Source: Acidobacteriota bacterium (lineage in GTDB: Bacteria > Acidobacteriota > Thermoanaerobaculia > Gp7-AA8). Taken from it: a stretch of 64,000 nucleotides of DNA. Below the pieces are notes generated by a model. The model saw only the letters and a program-made list of their open reading frames with translations. It had not been told where the DNA came from and searched no databases. The DNA is taken from NCBI GenBank assembly GCA_019244185.1, contig JAFATB010000006.1, positions 192,001-256,000 on the forward strand, in the 5' to 3' direction. Below are positions 40,401-55,400 of the stretch, piece after piece; position 1 is the first letter of the stretch, and the number at the start of each line of letters is the position of its first letter. The position numbers and the translations under genes are program-made.

Positions 40401-43400
40401 ATCTGCGCGCGTTTCGCGGCGGGGAACTGCGGCGCGCCGCTGTTGTAGAGATGCGACGACGCGCCGTCTTCGCTGAGCGACGCGGTGTCGACGCGGTCCG
40501 CCGACTGCAGCCTCGCACCGAAGAGACGGACGGTGTCGAAGCGCTGCACGCCGTACCAGGCGTCGCCTGGTTGGATATCCATCGATTCGCCGGCGTTCGG
40601 CGCGAGCGTGAGGATGTTGCCGTTCGTGGCGGCGATGCGCCACACGCCCTTCACGCCGTTCGCGTTCGCGATCTCGACCCAGTGTCCGGCGAAGAACGGC
40701 AGGACGTTGAAATCCGTGACGAGCGTGGCGCCGTTCGAGCCGTTCTGCGCGACGCCGTTGCCGAGCGACGGCAGATCGGTGATCGCGCTCGTGGCTACGC
40801 CCGCGGCATCGATGGTGAGCTCGCCGTACGTCGACTGCGCGCGGTGGAGGAGGATGCTGCCGGGCGCGCCGGCCGCGGTGACGCACGCGCCGCCGGTGTG
40901 GCCCGCGCGGGCGAGGAGCGCCGGGAGCGCGCTCGCGCTGTCGGTGGTCTCGATGGCGATCGCACCGCCGCCGCCGCTGGCGCAGCCGTCTCCGCCAATC
41001 GTTTCGATGCTGCCGCTGCCGGTCACGCTGCCCGCGGTGATCCAGACCGAGCCGCCCGCGCCGGCGCCGAGAGTGCTCTGCCCCGTGTTCGCGCCGTTCG
41101 CGCGGATCGCGCCGTGCACGGTGACGCGCGCGGCGCGGATGCGCACCACGCCGCCGCCGGAGGCGATGCCGGTGTCGGTGCCCGCGCCGCCCGCTTCGCT
41201 CGGACGGTCGATGCTGCCGTAGGTCTTGAGCGACGCGACCTTGCCGCCGCGGCCGATGTGCGACGCGCCTTCTTCGCCGCCGACGCCGGCGACGCCGGGA
41301 TACGAGCCGCGCAGCGTGTAGCCGCGCGCGGTCGTGTCGATGGCGCCGCCCGCGTCGACGCGCACTTCGTTCGCGGCGTCGATGGTCAGCGAGCCGCCGG
41401 TCGGATGCGTGAGCGTCGACTGCGCGTGCACGACGACGCCGGTGGCGCTGACGCGCGTCGCGGCGACGGTGCCGAAGACGTCGTACGTCGTCGCCTCGAT
41501 CGGATCCCAGGAGACGATCGTGACGTCGCGCGCGGTGACGGTGTCGAAGCGATAGAGACCCTGCCACTGATCGCCGGCGACGATGTTGATCGACTCGCTG
41601 CCGTTCGGCGCGAGCGTCAGCGTGCGTGCGCTGATCGCTGTGATGCGCCACGTGCCCTTCACGGTGCCGTCGGGCGCGGTGATGCGAATCCAGTGGCCGG
41701 CAAAGTACGCGGGCACGTCCGTCGCGCGATCGGTGACGAGCGTCGCGCCGGTCGAGCCGGCGAGCGCGAGGCCGCTGCCGATACCTTCGAGCTCGACGCG
41801 GTCGTTCGCGCGGCCCTTCGCATCGAAGGTCACGTCGCCGAACGTCGCGCCGGAGCGTTTGATGAAGACGCTGCCCGCGCCGCCGGCCGCGCGCGTGCAG
41901 CCGGCGAACGCACCGGGACGCGCGTACGCCGCGGGGACGACGCTCGAGGGGTCGCTGTACTCGATGGCGATTGCGCCGCCGCCGCCGGTGCTGCAGGCGC
42001 CGCTGCCGCCGTCGGCTTCGATCGAGCCGCCGCCGGCGATCCTCGCCGTGGTGATCCAGACCGAGCCGCCGCCGCCGGAGCCGAGACCGCTGCCGGCATC
42101 GGTTGCGCCGTTCGCGCGGATCGCGCCGTCCACGACGACGTTCGTCGCGTTAACGCGGATCGCGCCGCCGCCCCAGCCGCCGCCGGTGTCGGTGCCGCCG
42201 GAACCGAATTCCTGCGGGCGATCCACACTGCCGTAGGTGCGGTGGTCGTCGGCTTCCCCGCCGCCGCGTCCGATGTGGCCGCCGCCTTCATCCCCGTTGA
42301 CGCCCGGCACGCCGGGGTACGAGCCGCGGTTCGTGTAGCCCTTCGCGGTGGCGTCGATCGACGCGCCGCAGGCGACGTAGAGCGTCGACACGCTGATGGC
42401 GAGCGGCTGCTCCTGCATCGGCGCGAGGACGGCGTTGCCGAGGAGCGCCACGCGATCGAAGGTGTGCGCGCCGGCGATCGTCAGCGTGACGCCGTCGAAG
42501 ACCGCGATGCTGCGGTGCTCGTACGCGCTGTCGGCCGCGGTGATGGTGCCGCTGGAGCGGATCTCGACCGCGCCCTTCATGACCGTGAAGGAGCCGTCGA
42601 CGGACGCGGTCGTGCCGGACGCGGTGGTGGCGACGACGTGCGTCGGCAGCTGCGTGCCGTCGGCGAGGTCGGGCACGGTGAACGTCGCTTCCCAGACGTC
42701 GTTGCCGAGCGGCGCAGCCTGTACGGTCGTACCGCTCACCGTGAGCTCGACCTTGCGAATGACGTTCGCGGGAGTCGGCGCCTTCGCGACGACGCGCAGC
42801 TTCGCGGCGTAGCCGGCCGGGAAGAGCGCGTCGCTGCCCGCGCACTGCCACGCGAGCGACGGCGCGTTCGCGTCGACGACCGGATGGATGACGAGCGGGA
42901 TCGCATTCGCGCTGCCGCTGTTGCCGTTGTTGTCTTCGGCGCTGACGACGAGATCGCGCGTCACATCCTGCGTGCCGTCGACGAACGGCACCGGCAGTTG
43001 CGCGCTGTACGTGTCGCCGCTGCCGTGCGCGAGCTCGTACGTGTTGCCGTCGAGCGTCGCGAAAACGCGCTTCACGCCGGAGTCGGTGTCGGTGACGGTT
43101 GCGGTGACGACGATCGGCGCGGACTGCCCTTCGGTGAACGCGGCGTTCGGCACCGGCGAGGTCACGGCGATCGACGGCGCGGTGTGATCCTTCACGATCT
43201 GCAGCGTGCCGGTGACGGAGACGCCGCCCCACGTCGCGGCGATCGGCGCCGAGACCGCGTTCGCGACGGGCGTCGTGGCGACGTTGAATGTCGCCGTCGT
43301 GGCGCCGCTCGGAATGACGACGCTGGACGGAATCGCGACGGCGCTGCTCGTCGTCGACAGCAGCACGAGCACGCCTTCGCTGCCCGCGGGAGCGCGCAGC

Positions 43401-46400
43401 GTGACGGTGCCGGTGGTCGAGCCGCCGCCGGTGACTTCGCCGGGGAACGTGACCGATGCGACGCCGAGGTTCGCCGGGATCGCGCCGATGGAGATCTCGC
43501 CGGTGGTGAGGCGGAAGACGTTGCGGTCGCGCGCGGCGATGGTGACGGCGTCGCCCGCGGCGCCGTCGAACGGAACGCGGAACGAGCCGTCGGCGGCGGA
43601 CGGACGCGTGCGCGTGCCGTACGCGGTCGAGTAGAACTCGACGTTGTCGAAGTACATCCAGTCGTCGCGGAAGCCGAAGGTGAATTTCGCCGACGGCGGG
43701 ACGACGGTCTTGAGCTCGTACACCAGCGCGTCGTTGACGTACCACTGCACCGAGTCGGGCGTCTTCTCGAGGCGGAAACGCGTCGACGCGTCGAGCGTGC
43801 CCTGCGTGAAGCCGGAGTTCGCCCACGCGCCGTTCGGCCAGACTTCCCAGCGGTTGCCGGTCGGGAAGTGGAAGTAGTGGTTGGCCACGCCGATGAATGC
43901 GAGGTTGTTGGGGCTCCGATCGTTGAAGGTGAGGTACGCGGAGTCGCCGACCTCCGGCGTCTCGATCGTTCCCGGCGCCTGATTGAAGTTCGGGATCTTC
44001 TGCAGGCGCAGTCCACCGCGGTTCGGCGCGAGCTCGATGAATGACGCGTTCTGCAGCAGCTCGGCCGTCGCCGGCAGCGCGGGACGCGCGGTGTTGCGCG
44101 CGAAGACGTCGACGCCCTCGGCATCGCGCACCGCGCCGGCGGCGCCGGCGAGCACCGGACCGGTGCGTCCCTGTTCGATCGTCACCTTCGACGCGTCGAT
44201 CGCCGGGCCGCTCGCGTTCGTGACGAGCGATGAATCGGCCGCGACCGCCGGCGCGTTGGCGGATTCGATCGTGTCGCGCGAGAGCACGTGCGCGCCGCCG
44301 CGCACCGTGACGTGATTGAAGCGATAGACGCCGCGCAGCTGATCGCCCGGCTGCATGACGACCGGGCTGCCGTCGGTGGACGCGAGCGTGATGCGCGGCG
44401 CGGTGCGGACGAGCGTCACGTTGCGCCAGTCGGTGTCGAACGCGAAGAGGAACTCGCTGAACTCGGTGTCGACGTAGCGCACGACGTTGCCGCTGTAGAT
44501 GCCGCCGTACGCGTTCGCGTAGACCGAACCGCCGACGAGTTCCGCGACGGCGATGCCGCCGATCGATCCGCACGTCGTGCCGCAGGTGAGGCGGCGCACG
44601 TCGTAGATGTGCGGGCTGTTCTTGCGGAAGCTCGCGAAGACGCGGTCGCTCGCGTCGGGCGTGAACGGCACGAACGGACGGCCGTCGTCGTTGTCGTACG
44701 ACCACTGACCGTTCTCGAATTTCGTCATGGCGATCTTCCGCCCTTCGACGAAGCCGCCCGGCCGATAAACGAGATAGCCGTCGTACGCGATCTGATCGTT
44801 GCCGAACCAGAACGAGGCGGACGGCGTGGCCGCCTGCGGATCGTTCTCGATCGACGCGATGCGATACGTCCCGCGAATCGTGCCGTCGGGCGCGACGACG
44901 CGCGCCCAGTTGCCGACCTGGAACGGCTGGATGTACGCGCGGTTCGCGAGCGTGGCCGTGCCGTTGCTGACGGAGGCGATCGTGTGCGCGCCGAGCCACG
45001 GGAGATCGGTCTCGACGCCGGTGCCGAAGCCGGCGTTGTCGATCACGAGATCGCCGAGCGCGGCGCCGTTCGCACGGATGAACACGGAGCCGGCGGCGCC
45101 GGGACGTCCGCTGTTCGTGCGCCCGCCGCGCGCGACGAGGTGATCGGCGATCGTGCCGCCGAGGGAGCCGTACTCGATGGCGATCGCGCCGCCGCCACCG
45201 CCGCCGCGGTTGTTGTTGTCGCCGCCGCCGCGCGCCTCGATCGAGCCGCCGCCGGCGAGGCGTCCGCGCGTGGTGAGGTAGACGGAGCCGCCGGCGCCGG
45301 GGCCCCACGTGTCGTTGTCGATGCCGTTCGCGCGGATCGCGCCGTCGACGGTGACGAACGTCTCGACGTCGAGACGCAGCACGCCGCCGCCGGTCGTGGC
45401 GTAGTTCGGATCGATGGTGTGGCCGCCGCCGCCCTTCTCGGCCGGATGCTCGATGCTGCCGTACGTGCCGCCGCCCGGAGGCGACCACTCGCCGCCGCGT
45501 CCGATGTGGCCGCCGCCCGACGAGTCGGTGGGCGTGGCGCTGCCGGGATACGCGGTGACGCCCGGATAGCCCTGCGCGCTGACGTCGATCGCGCCGCCGC
45601 AGGCGACGAAGAGGCGCTGCACGGAGACGACCGGCAGCGGAGTGCCGTCGGCGACCTGCTGCTGTTCGACCTTGCCGCCGTCGAGCACGATGAGGTTGCG
45701 CAGGTGCTGCTCGCCGGAGAGCACGAGATCGCCGCCGGCGCGCACGACGACGTCGCGGTTCTGATAGCCGGCGTCGAGCGGCGTGACGACCGAGCGCGTG
45801 CTGACGTCGATCGCGTTCGCGACGGCGGTGAAGCTGCCGAGGAGCACGGCCTGGTTGCCGCCGGCACTGGTGGCGGTGACGCGGACGTCGAAGGACGTGT
45901 CGTTCGCGGTGCCGCCCGGGATCGTGTAGCGGATCTCGTACTGATCGGAGCCGCCGATGCGGGAGGCGAGCACCGGCGTCGCGCCGTTGATCGAGAACTC
46001 CACGCGCTCGACGCCGTTCGACGGCGACGATGGCGTCGCGGTGACGCGCAGCGGGAACTCGTAGCCGAGCGGATAGCTCGCGTTCGGACTCGCGCAGACC
46101 CACGCCAGCGCGGCCGCGTTCGGATCGACCAGCGGCTTGATGTAGACCGTCAGCGTGCGCGACTCCGTGTTGCCGTCGTAGTCGATCGACGTGACGGTGA
46201 GCGTCTTCGCGATCGGCTCGCTGCCGTCGACGCTCGGCACGTTCAGCGTCCGCCGATAGACGTCGCCGCCGGCGTACGTCAGGTCGCTCGTGACGCCATC
46301 GAACGTGACCGTCACGCGCTGCACGGCCACCTCCGCATCGCTCGACGTCGCCTCGACGACGAACGTCGCGCCGGTGCCTTCCTGCAGTTGCGCGTTCGGC

Positions 46401-49400
46401 TGCGGCGTCGCGACCGCAAGCGACGGCGCGAGCGTGTCTTTCAGGATGTGAACGGTCTTCGTCTGCGTCGTGGCGATGCGGCCCGGCACGTCATCGAGCG
46501 CAGAGAGCGTGAGCGTGACGTCGCTGCCCGACGGCGCCGATGACGGGATGGCGACGCTGAACGTGCGCGTCATCGTCTGCGGCGTCGGACGCGTGGCGGT
46601 GCCGGACGTGACGCTGCCCTGCGACGACGCGAGCGCGAGCGAGGTGACGGCCACGTCGTCGGACGCGGCTGCGCTGACGTCGATGTTGTGATTCGCGTAC
46701 GTCTCGGTCGCGCTGACGTCGAACGCGTCGATGACCGGCGCGGCGTTGTGGATGATGTTGAACGCGAGCGGCGCGGACTCGGCGACGCGGCCGGCGCGAT
46801 CCGTTGCGTAAAGTTTCAGCGTCGTCGCGCCGAGCGGCGCGTCGTTCGGAATGGCGATGGTGAGCGTCGTGTCGCCGAGCGGTGAGACGAAGTTCGGATA
46901 CGCGAAGACGTCGACCGGCTGCACACCGAGCGTCGCGCGCAGCTGGCGGATGCCGGACGCGCTCTCCGCCGTGACGTGCACGGTGATGGTCGTGTTCTGC
47001 GCGACGCTGCTGCCGGCCGCGGGATCGCTCGAGACGAGCGTCAGCGCGAACGGATCGTTCGGACGCACGATCGACGCGGACGGATCGACGGTGAGCGTGC
47101 CGGACGGCTCGCTGTCGAAGCGCGCCAGCACGCGGGGACCGATGGTGATGCTGTCGAACGCGCCGCCGCCGATCGGCGTGGCCGCGGTGCGGTGCGCGGT
47201 CGCGGGAACGCGATCGTCGAACGAGGAGACGACGAGCTCGCCGAGCGTCGCACCCGGACGCACGAGGTAGATCGTGCCGGCGCCGCCGTCGACGTGCGCT
47301 TCGTTGTCCGCGCCGGTGTGACGTCCTCCGCGCGCCTGGATCGCGGAGAGCGCCACTTCGAAGCGGTCGCTTGCACGGAGCTCGATACGTCCGCCGCCCG
47401 CGCCGCGATCGAGGTTGTTCTCCGCGCCGCCGTCGGCGCCGTTCGCGCTGATGCGCGTCCACGGACCGGTGATGAGCGCGTGCGCGCGGAGCGAGATCGT
47501 GCCGCCCGAGCCGAGCATCCAGAACGTGGAGCCGGACGGCGGCTCGCCGTCGGCGAGCACGGGTCCCGCGAGCACGAAGCGCGCGAGTCCGCTGCCGCCG
47601 CGCAGGAGCACCGCGCCGCCGCCGTTCGAGCCGGGACGATCGCCGCCGCTCGGCTGCGCGCCGCCGCCGCTCCCGAAGTCGACAGGATCGGTGATCGAGC
47701 CGTAGGTCGCGTTGGTCGTGCCGACGTACGAGCCGCCGATGCCGCCGTACGAGGCGTCGGCATTCGCCGCACCGTTGCCGGAGCGCGTGCGGCCGAGGCG
47801 CGAGGCGTTGCCCGGCGTGCGGTCTTCGCGGCCGTGGAGGCCGCCGAGGTAGCCGCGGCCGGTCAGGTCGACGCGGGAGTCGGCGTCGACGAAGAGATGA
47901 TCGGCGATGGTGAGATCGAGCTTCGTCTCTTCGGGATTCGAGAGCACCGCGCCGTCGACGAGCACGAGGTCTTTCAGCGCGAGCGGAACGGAGACGTAGA
48001 CGCGCACGCCGCGCACGAGGACGCTGCGGTTCGCGTACTGATCGGCGGTGATGGACGAGATGTTGATGTTGGCGCTGATGACGCGATCGACGTCGACCGG
48101 ATCGATGGTGATGGGCAGCTCGACGCTGTGCGACGGATCGGCGTCGTCGACGATCGCCTTGACCGTGAACGGCGTGCGATCGGCGGGGAACGTGAACGCG
48201 ACGCGCGCCTCGAAGACATCCGACGTGCCAGCGCGCAGCGTGGCGTCGACCGGCGCGGCGAGCGCGGTCGACTCGAAGCGGACCGACGTGACCTTCACGT
48301 CGTCGGTCGCGCGCACGCGCAGCGTGGTCAGCCAATCGGATTGATTCGCCGGCAGCGCCGCGCCGTCGAGCGGCGTGATCCAGGCCGCGGTCGGGATCGT
48401 GGCGTCGTCGACGCGGTCGTAGATCACCTCGTGCGTGTCGGTGGTGACGTTGTCGCGCTGGTCGTAGACCGAGACGGCGACGGGCACGCGCGTGTCGGCG
48501 TTGCGCGGCGGCACGGTGACGCTCTTGCGGAACGTGGTGATGCCGGTCGCGGAGTCGAACGAGCTCGTGACGCCGCTCTGCGCGACGCCGCCGACGCTGA
48601 TCGTGGCGCGGGCGATGCCGGTCTCCGCGTCGCGCACCTGCAGCTCGATCGTGTAGCTGCCGCTCGCGGTGTTGTACTGGTAGTGCGTCTCCGCCTTCGG
48701 CGTGAAGGCGACGATCTCCGGCTTCGTCGTATCCGCGAGCACGGTCAGCGGCACTTCGGCGATGCCGGATTTGTTGACGGAATCCGTCGCGGTGACGACG
48801 AGCGTCGCGGCGCCGTCCTTCAGCGTCGCGGGCAGCGTCCAGTCGAAGCTCGCGTCGGGGAACGGCACGGCCGTCGAAGGACGGGTGATGTTCTGCGAGC
48901 CGACGATCTGGTGCAGCGCGTCGCCGTTCGTCGCGGTGCCGCGCAGCTCGAGCGCGAGCGTGACTTTCAGCCCCTCGTCGTGGAACGCGACGGTCGTGTG
49001 CACGGCGTGCGTGGGGTACGCGGCGTCGGGCGTGTTGGTGACGAGAATGTCGCGCGGCGGATCGTTCGGCAGCACGTTCCAGGTGTGGACGTCGGGCGCC
49101 GGACTGCTGTTGCCGGAGAGATCGGTGGCGACGGCCTGCAGCGTGAACGTCGAGCCGGTGGTCGTCGCGGCCGGCGCGGCGAAGCTGTACGCGAACGGCT
49201 TCGTGCGCACGCGGGCGATGGCCGTGCCGTTCGCATCGAGCCAGTCGACGTAGGCGATGTCGTTCGACTCGTCGTCGGTGCCGTCGTCCGTCACGCGGAC
49301 GCTGGCGGTGTAGAGCAGTTCGGAGACGAGGTTGTCGTCGCTGCTGGTGATCCTGGCGATCGGCTTCTTCGTGTCGAAGGAGAAGAACTCGAAGACGCGG

Positions 49401-52400
49401 TCGTCCTTCTGCACGTTCGGCGGCGTCTGCGTGTCGCGCGCGCCGCTGACGGTGAGGCGGTAGAACGACGACTCGGCGATGGCCACGCCCCGCGGCGCGA
49501 TGACGAACGTCGTCGCGTCGGCGGGATCGGGGAACGCGGAGATCGGCAGGACTTCGACGGCGTTGCCCTTGTACGCGTCGAGATTCTCGAGGCGCACCAC
49601 GCCGCCGATCTCGAACGAGTTCGCGGCGATGGCCTTGTTGAACTTCACGCGGAACGTGGCGCTGGCGGGGATCGGCTCGGTCTCCGCCGGATCGACCTTC
49701 AGCACCGCGGGCTCGGTGTAGTTGACGGTGGTGAAGCTCGAGCCGACCGCGGTGAGCATCGGGTTGCCGGTCGTGTCCTGAATACCGGCGGGGATGGCCA
49801 GTCGATAGAGCACGTTGCTCTTGAGCGGGAACTTCTGGCCCGCGCCCGGCGGCGGCGGGACGAGCTTGACGATGAACGTCCCATCGGGACGCACCGACGG
49901 CTCGACCGTGCACGCGACGAGCGAGCTGTCGTCGGTCGCGAGCAGTTGGAACCACGAGCCGTTGAGATACGCGGCCGCGAGTTGCTCGCTGAAGGTGATC
50001 GTGATCGGCGTCGACGGCGAGACGCTGGTGGCGTTCGCCGGCGGATCGATCGACAGTACGCGCGGCGGCGTGGCGTCGATGCGCACGCGCGGCACGACGA
50101 TCGTCCCGGTCGTTCCGTCCGCGACCGGCACCGTGCGCGTGGCACCGATGGTCGTGTCGTCGGGGCCGTAGAACGTGAACGCGAGCGTGGTGCCGCCGAC
50201 CGGAATGCCGGTGAAGCGGTACGCGCCGTTCGCATCGGTGAGCGTTTCGAGGCGCAGCGGCTGCGAGAGACGCGAGGTCACCAGCAGCAGCACGCGCGTG
50301 CCGGCGGACGGAGTTCCGTTGCCGATCTCCGCGTCGACGCCGCCTTCGACACTCGCGTTCGAGCCGAGGTTAAGCGTGAGCTGGAGCGGTTGCGAGCGGC
50401 TCACCAGCGAGCCGCCGCCGGACGCGGTGACGTTGCCCTTCGACGCCGACGCGGTGATCCAGCCGAACGGCACGCCGGGCAGCGTGACGCTGCCGGTTGA
50501 CGGCGTAAACATCGTGCGGTTCCCGATGCCCGGCGCGAAGAGGTCCACCTTCGCGTCCTCGACCGGATTGCCGCTGCCGTCGAGCACGTGCACCTCGACG
50601 GTTCCCGACGTCGGCAGCACGACGTCTTCCGTTTTCTCGAGCGCGCCGCCGAAGCCGCCGCCGCCTTTCACGACGCGCCCTTCGCCGCCGAGCTCGCGGA
50701 CCTCGAAGCCGTAGCCGGACGAGGCGAGCATCTTCCGGAAGATGGTCGGGTTGCCCTGCTGCCCGCGGTAATACGGCACCGGCCCCCAGATCAGATCGCC
50801 CTGCCACACCGTGACCTCGGCGAGCGGCGCGAGGTCGCCCGCCGCGCCGTTGTCGAGCGGCAGATGCACGCGCACGGTGAGCGTGGCCGTGCGCTCGAGC
50901 TCGAGGTGGATGTTCTTCTGCTCGGGCACGAGCGTGCTGATGAAGAGTCCGGACGGACCGACCGCGCGGCGCAGCGAGCCGATCTCGTACGCGATCAGCG
51001 AGAACGGACCTTCCGGCACGCCGTTGAAGACGAACGCGCCGTCGACGTCGGTCGACGCGGCGGCGCTGCTGCCGGTGGCCTGCAGCTGGACGGGCATGCC
51101 CTTCGACGGCAGCCCCGGCGTCGGCTCGCTTTCCGGATCGGTGAGCGTGCCGGAAACGAGTCCGCGGAACTCGAGCTGCACGGTGACGGGCACGGTGCTG
51201 CCCGCGGCGACGTCGAAGTCGACGGCGTGTCCCGCGCGTCCCGCGGACTTCGAGTACGCGACGATCGTGTAGCGGCCCACCGGCACGCCGTCGAAGAACG
51301 CGACGCCGTTGTCGTTGGTGCTCGTAAAGTCGAAGCGTCCGCTGCCGCGCAAGAGCGCGACTTCGGCATTGGCGACCTTCGCGAAGCCGAGGAGCGGATC
51401 GGTGACCGTGACGCTGACGGCACCGGTGCCCGCGCCGCCGATGCGCACTTGCACGCTGCGCTGCGTGGCGTCGCCCTCGTCGCTGAGATGTCCCTGGTAG
51501 TCGCCGCGCAGTTCCTGATTCGTGGGATCGACGGCGGTGATGCGGAAGTCACCGGTGAAGACGTTGCTGACCACGAAGCGGCCGTTGATGTCGGCCTGCA
51601 GCGGATCCTGCGGCGTGCCGATGGCGCGGTACGGCCAGGCCAGCTCGCGCAGCCAGTAGCGCGCCAGCGGCACCTTCACGCCGTTTTGGTCAAGCACTTG
51701 ACCTTCCACCGTCGACTGCGTGCGCATGACGATGACGAGGTTCGAGACGGGGCCGCCACCGCCCGGCGTCGCGCCGCCGACGATGCCGGTGCGATAGACG
51801 CCGTCGCGCTCGAGGTCCGCGACGATGGTGAACGGCGTGCCCGCGGCGACCGCGGCGAAGCGGAACGTGCCGTCGGGATTCGTGATCGCGGGCGCGTATG
51901 TCGCGCGGTCGGTGTAGAGGCGCACGGTCGCGCCGGACACCGGCGTCACGCCGTCGTGCGCGTAGACGCGGCCGGTGACGTCGCCGATCGTGGAGAGGCG
52001 CAGCGTCACGTTGCGGACGTCGCCGTCGTACGCGAGATACGCCTGGCCCGCCGCGAAGCCGGCCGGATTTCGCACCGTGGAGAGGCCGACGTTCTGCCGC
52101 GCCGGCACGTTGTGGAAGGTGACGAGGCCCGTTTCGGAGTCAGGCGTGCCTTCGAACGTCTTCGGACGGAAGCCCTGCTCGGCCTCGTCCCACACGCTGT
52201 ACGACATCGCGATCGGCCCGAGGACCTGCGCGTAGCACGGAGGCGTGGAGCACGGCTGCTCGATTTCCGTGCGCACGACGATCGTGCCGGAGCCGGGCAG
52301 GTGGAGATCGGTGACGCCGACCTGGCCGCCGAAGTCGACGCGCACGTTGCCGCTCGCGGCCTGATCGCCGTACGGCGAGTTGCCGCCGGACGGCACCGCC

Positions 52401-55400
52401 ACGACGTCGACCTGCTGCGGCACGCGCATGTCCGGCAGCTCGTAGACGCCGTCGCCGCGCGGCGTGAAGCTGGTCGCGGGGAAACCGGGCCAGATCACGC
52501 GGTAGCCGGTGACCGGCTCGCCCTGCGGCCCATAGAGACGGATGCGCATCGTGGCCGTGCCCGCGGGCTCGGTGCTGCGCAGCTTCATGTTGAAGTGATT
52601 CGAGCCGGCGACGAGCGTCGGCACGCTGAAGTAGCCGCGGCGTCCGGTCGCGGGATCGAAGACGCTGATGCGGCGCTCCGCCGCCGACAACGGCAGATCG
52701 GCGATCGTGTACGAGCCGTCGGGATTCGTGGTGACGGGCGAGACGCGGTCGATGGTGACGATGGCGCCGGCAGCCGGCGCATCCTTCGACGCATCGCCCG
52801 GCGCCGCCGGGTCATCGCGGATCACGACGCCTTCGAGCGTCGCCGTCTCGACGTTCGGCGCCGGCACGGAGAGGACGAGCGTCTGCTCGAGCGTCTGGTC
52901 GGGACGCAGCTCGACCTCGACGCCCGCGCCGTTGCGGCTGATGCCGAAGTCGGCCGCGAGCACCGACACGACGCCCGCGGGGATACCGCTGAAGAGGAAC
53001 GTGCCGTCGGCGTCCGTGCTGCCGTCGCGCAGCGCGTAGCCCTGCGCCCAGACGCCGACGAGCGCGCCGGCGACGGGCGCGTTCGTGTCGGAGCGGCGCA
53101 CGATGACGCGCACGCTGCCGAGTCCCGGCGCATCGCGTTTCACGATGACGAGGTCCTGCGTCACGACCTCGCCGGCGACGCGGATCTGGTTCGCGGCGAA
53201 CGTCGGACGCCCGTCGTTGTCGAAGACCGAGAACGTGAGCGGCCCCACCGGCAAGTCGCCGATGTCGTAGTTGCCCGCGGCGTCGGTCCGGCCGTGCCGC
53301 ACCTGATCGAACATCGTGCTGCCGATGGTGACGTCGACGTCCGCCACGACCTCGCCGTCGCTGTAGCGCACCTGTCCGCGCGCGCGGCCGCGGCCGAGGA
53401 ACTGGAGGTTGACAGTGTGAACCTCGCCGGGGAGACGCACCGCCCCTTCGAGCTTCGCGCTCTTCCCTTCCGCCTCGGCACTGAGCGCGTAGCCGCCGTA
53501 GATGCCGCTGTCGGCGTCGCGCGGAACGAACTCGTAGAGGAAACGTCCGTCGGCGCCGGTGACGTCGATCTGCTCGCCGCCGGTCTCGCCCGTCATCCGC
53601 ACGAGTACGTTCGGGATGACGCTGTTGTCGCCGCGCAGCACGAGGCCGGTGAGGATCGCGCCGGGACGATCGTTGTCGATCCGAGGCACGACGTCGCTCA
53701 CCGCGAACGTCACCGCCGGCGCCGAGATGTCGTGAATCGCGTCGACGGCGAGGAGGTACTGCGCATTGCGCGAGAGCGCTTTGTCGAAGGTGACGTTGAT
53801 GATCTTCGCGTCGTCCTGCAGCGCGGCGCCGGGGATCTGCAGCTGCGCGTTCGGATCGGACGGGACGTTCTTCCGCGTGACGTGGTAATTCGCCTTCGGC
53901 ACGTCGACCGTGAGCGCGAACTGATCGCGCAGCGTCGCCGCGTCGCTGATGCGGACCGGCCGGTTGAAGAGCAGCGAGACGATGTGCCCGCGGTCGTCGA
54001 GATGGAGGTCCTGCGCCGCGCCGATGACGCGCAGTGGCGTCTGCGGCACGACGTTGACGGTGGCAACGCCGACGGCGTTCTTCACCACCAGCGCGTGCGA
54101 GCCGCGCACGACGTCGACGTCGACCGCGACGCCGGGCGTGGCGCCGGTGATCGCGAGATCGGTGCGCAACTGCACGCCGTCGTTCGCGTCGGGATAAATG
54201 AGGTGCAGCGTGAACGACGCCGCCGCGGGAACGACGGACACGCGCAGCGTTTCGTTCGGCCAGCGTCCGACCAGCGCGAGCTCGCCCACATCGCCGCCGG
54301 CATTGAGTCGCGTGAGCTGCGCGTACGGCAGCGTGCGAATCCACCCCTCCGCCGCTTCCGCCGGAACGTCGGCGCGCGTGCCGGTCGCGAGCGCCGTCAC
54401 GGACACCGCGTATGGCCGCGCGGCGCCATCGACATTCGCGCCGTGCGCGTACGCGAAGAGGAACCCGGTGCGATGCGACGTCGCCGCGGCGAACTCGCTC
54501 ACGAATTGCTGCGGCGTCTCGCCGTTCGAGAACGCCTGTGTCTCGAGCTGCCGCGCCATCGCCGCTTCCGCGCGTCGCCCCGACTCCTCGGCACGGCGCA
54601 GGTCGTCCCACTCCCGCAGCTCCGGCGCCGTGTTCGCCTGATCGACGCGCTCCGCGTTGCCGAGCAGATCGAGCGCGAGCTGGAAGAACGGCTCGCGATT
54701 CTCGAGCGGATCGCTGGCGCTGAGATCGCGCCGCGCGACGAAGATCCGCTGCCCCGCGCGCGCGATCTGCTGCGCGCGCGTGAAGACGTCCGTCTTCAGC
54801 ACGCGCGGGAACTTGGCCGTCGCCTGCGTGAGCGGCGCCGTGGCCAGGCTGTAGCCGAGGCCGAGGAGCTGCATGTTCGCGTCGACGAAGTCGGAGGGCA
54901 GATAGCGCGCGTAGTACGGCAGCACGAGCGTCGCCGGCGACAGCGGAATGCCGGTCGCGCTCACGCCCATGGTCAGCTTCACGCTCGCGCCGACCGTCTC
55001 GTCGTTCGCCACGCCGGCGGCGGCGAACACTTTCCCCGTGATCTTCGAGTTGAGCTTGTACGGCACCGGCTTCATCTCGCCCGGCTGGAGGTCGAGCTCC
55101 GCGGTTGGCGCCGTGCCTTCCTCGCGGCAGATGTTCTCCGCCGCCGCGCCGGAGGTGCACGCCGGGATCTGCGAGAGGTCGAGGAGCACGTGCTGGAAGT
55201 TCGCGCTGAGGTTCGTGACGAAGGCGTACGCGGTGTACCTCTCGTCCTTGCGCACGGTGTCGGGGTGGGAGAAGTTGATCTGGAAGCGCGGGTCGCTGAC
55301 GACGAGCGTCGTCGAGACGTGGCCGCGCAGCGGGAAGTCGGGCTGGCCGGGCTGCTGGTACGTCGCGTTCACTTCGACGTTGACGCTGTGCGTGCCCGCC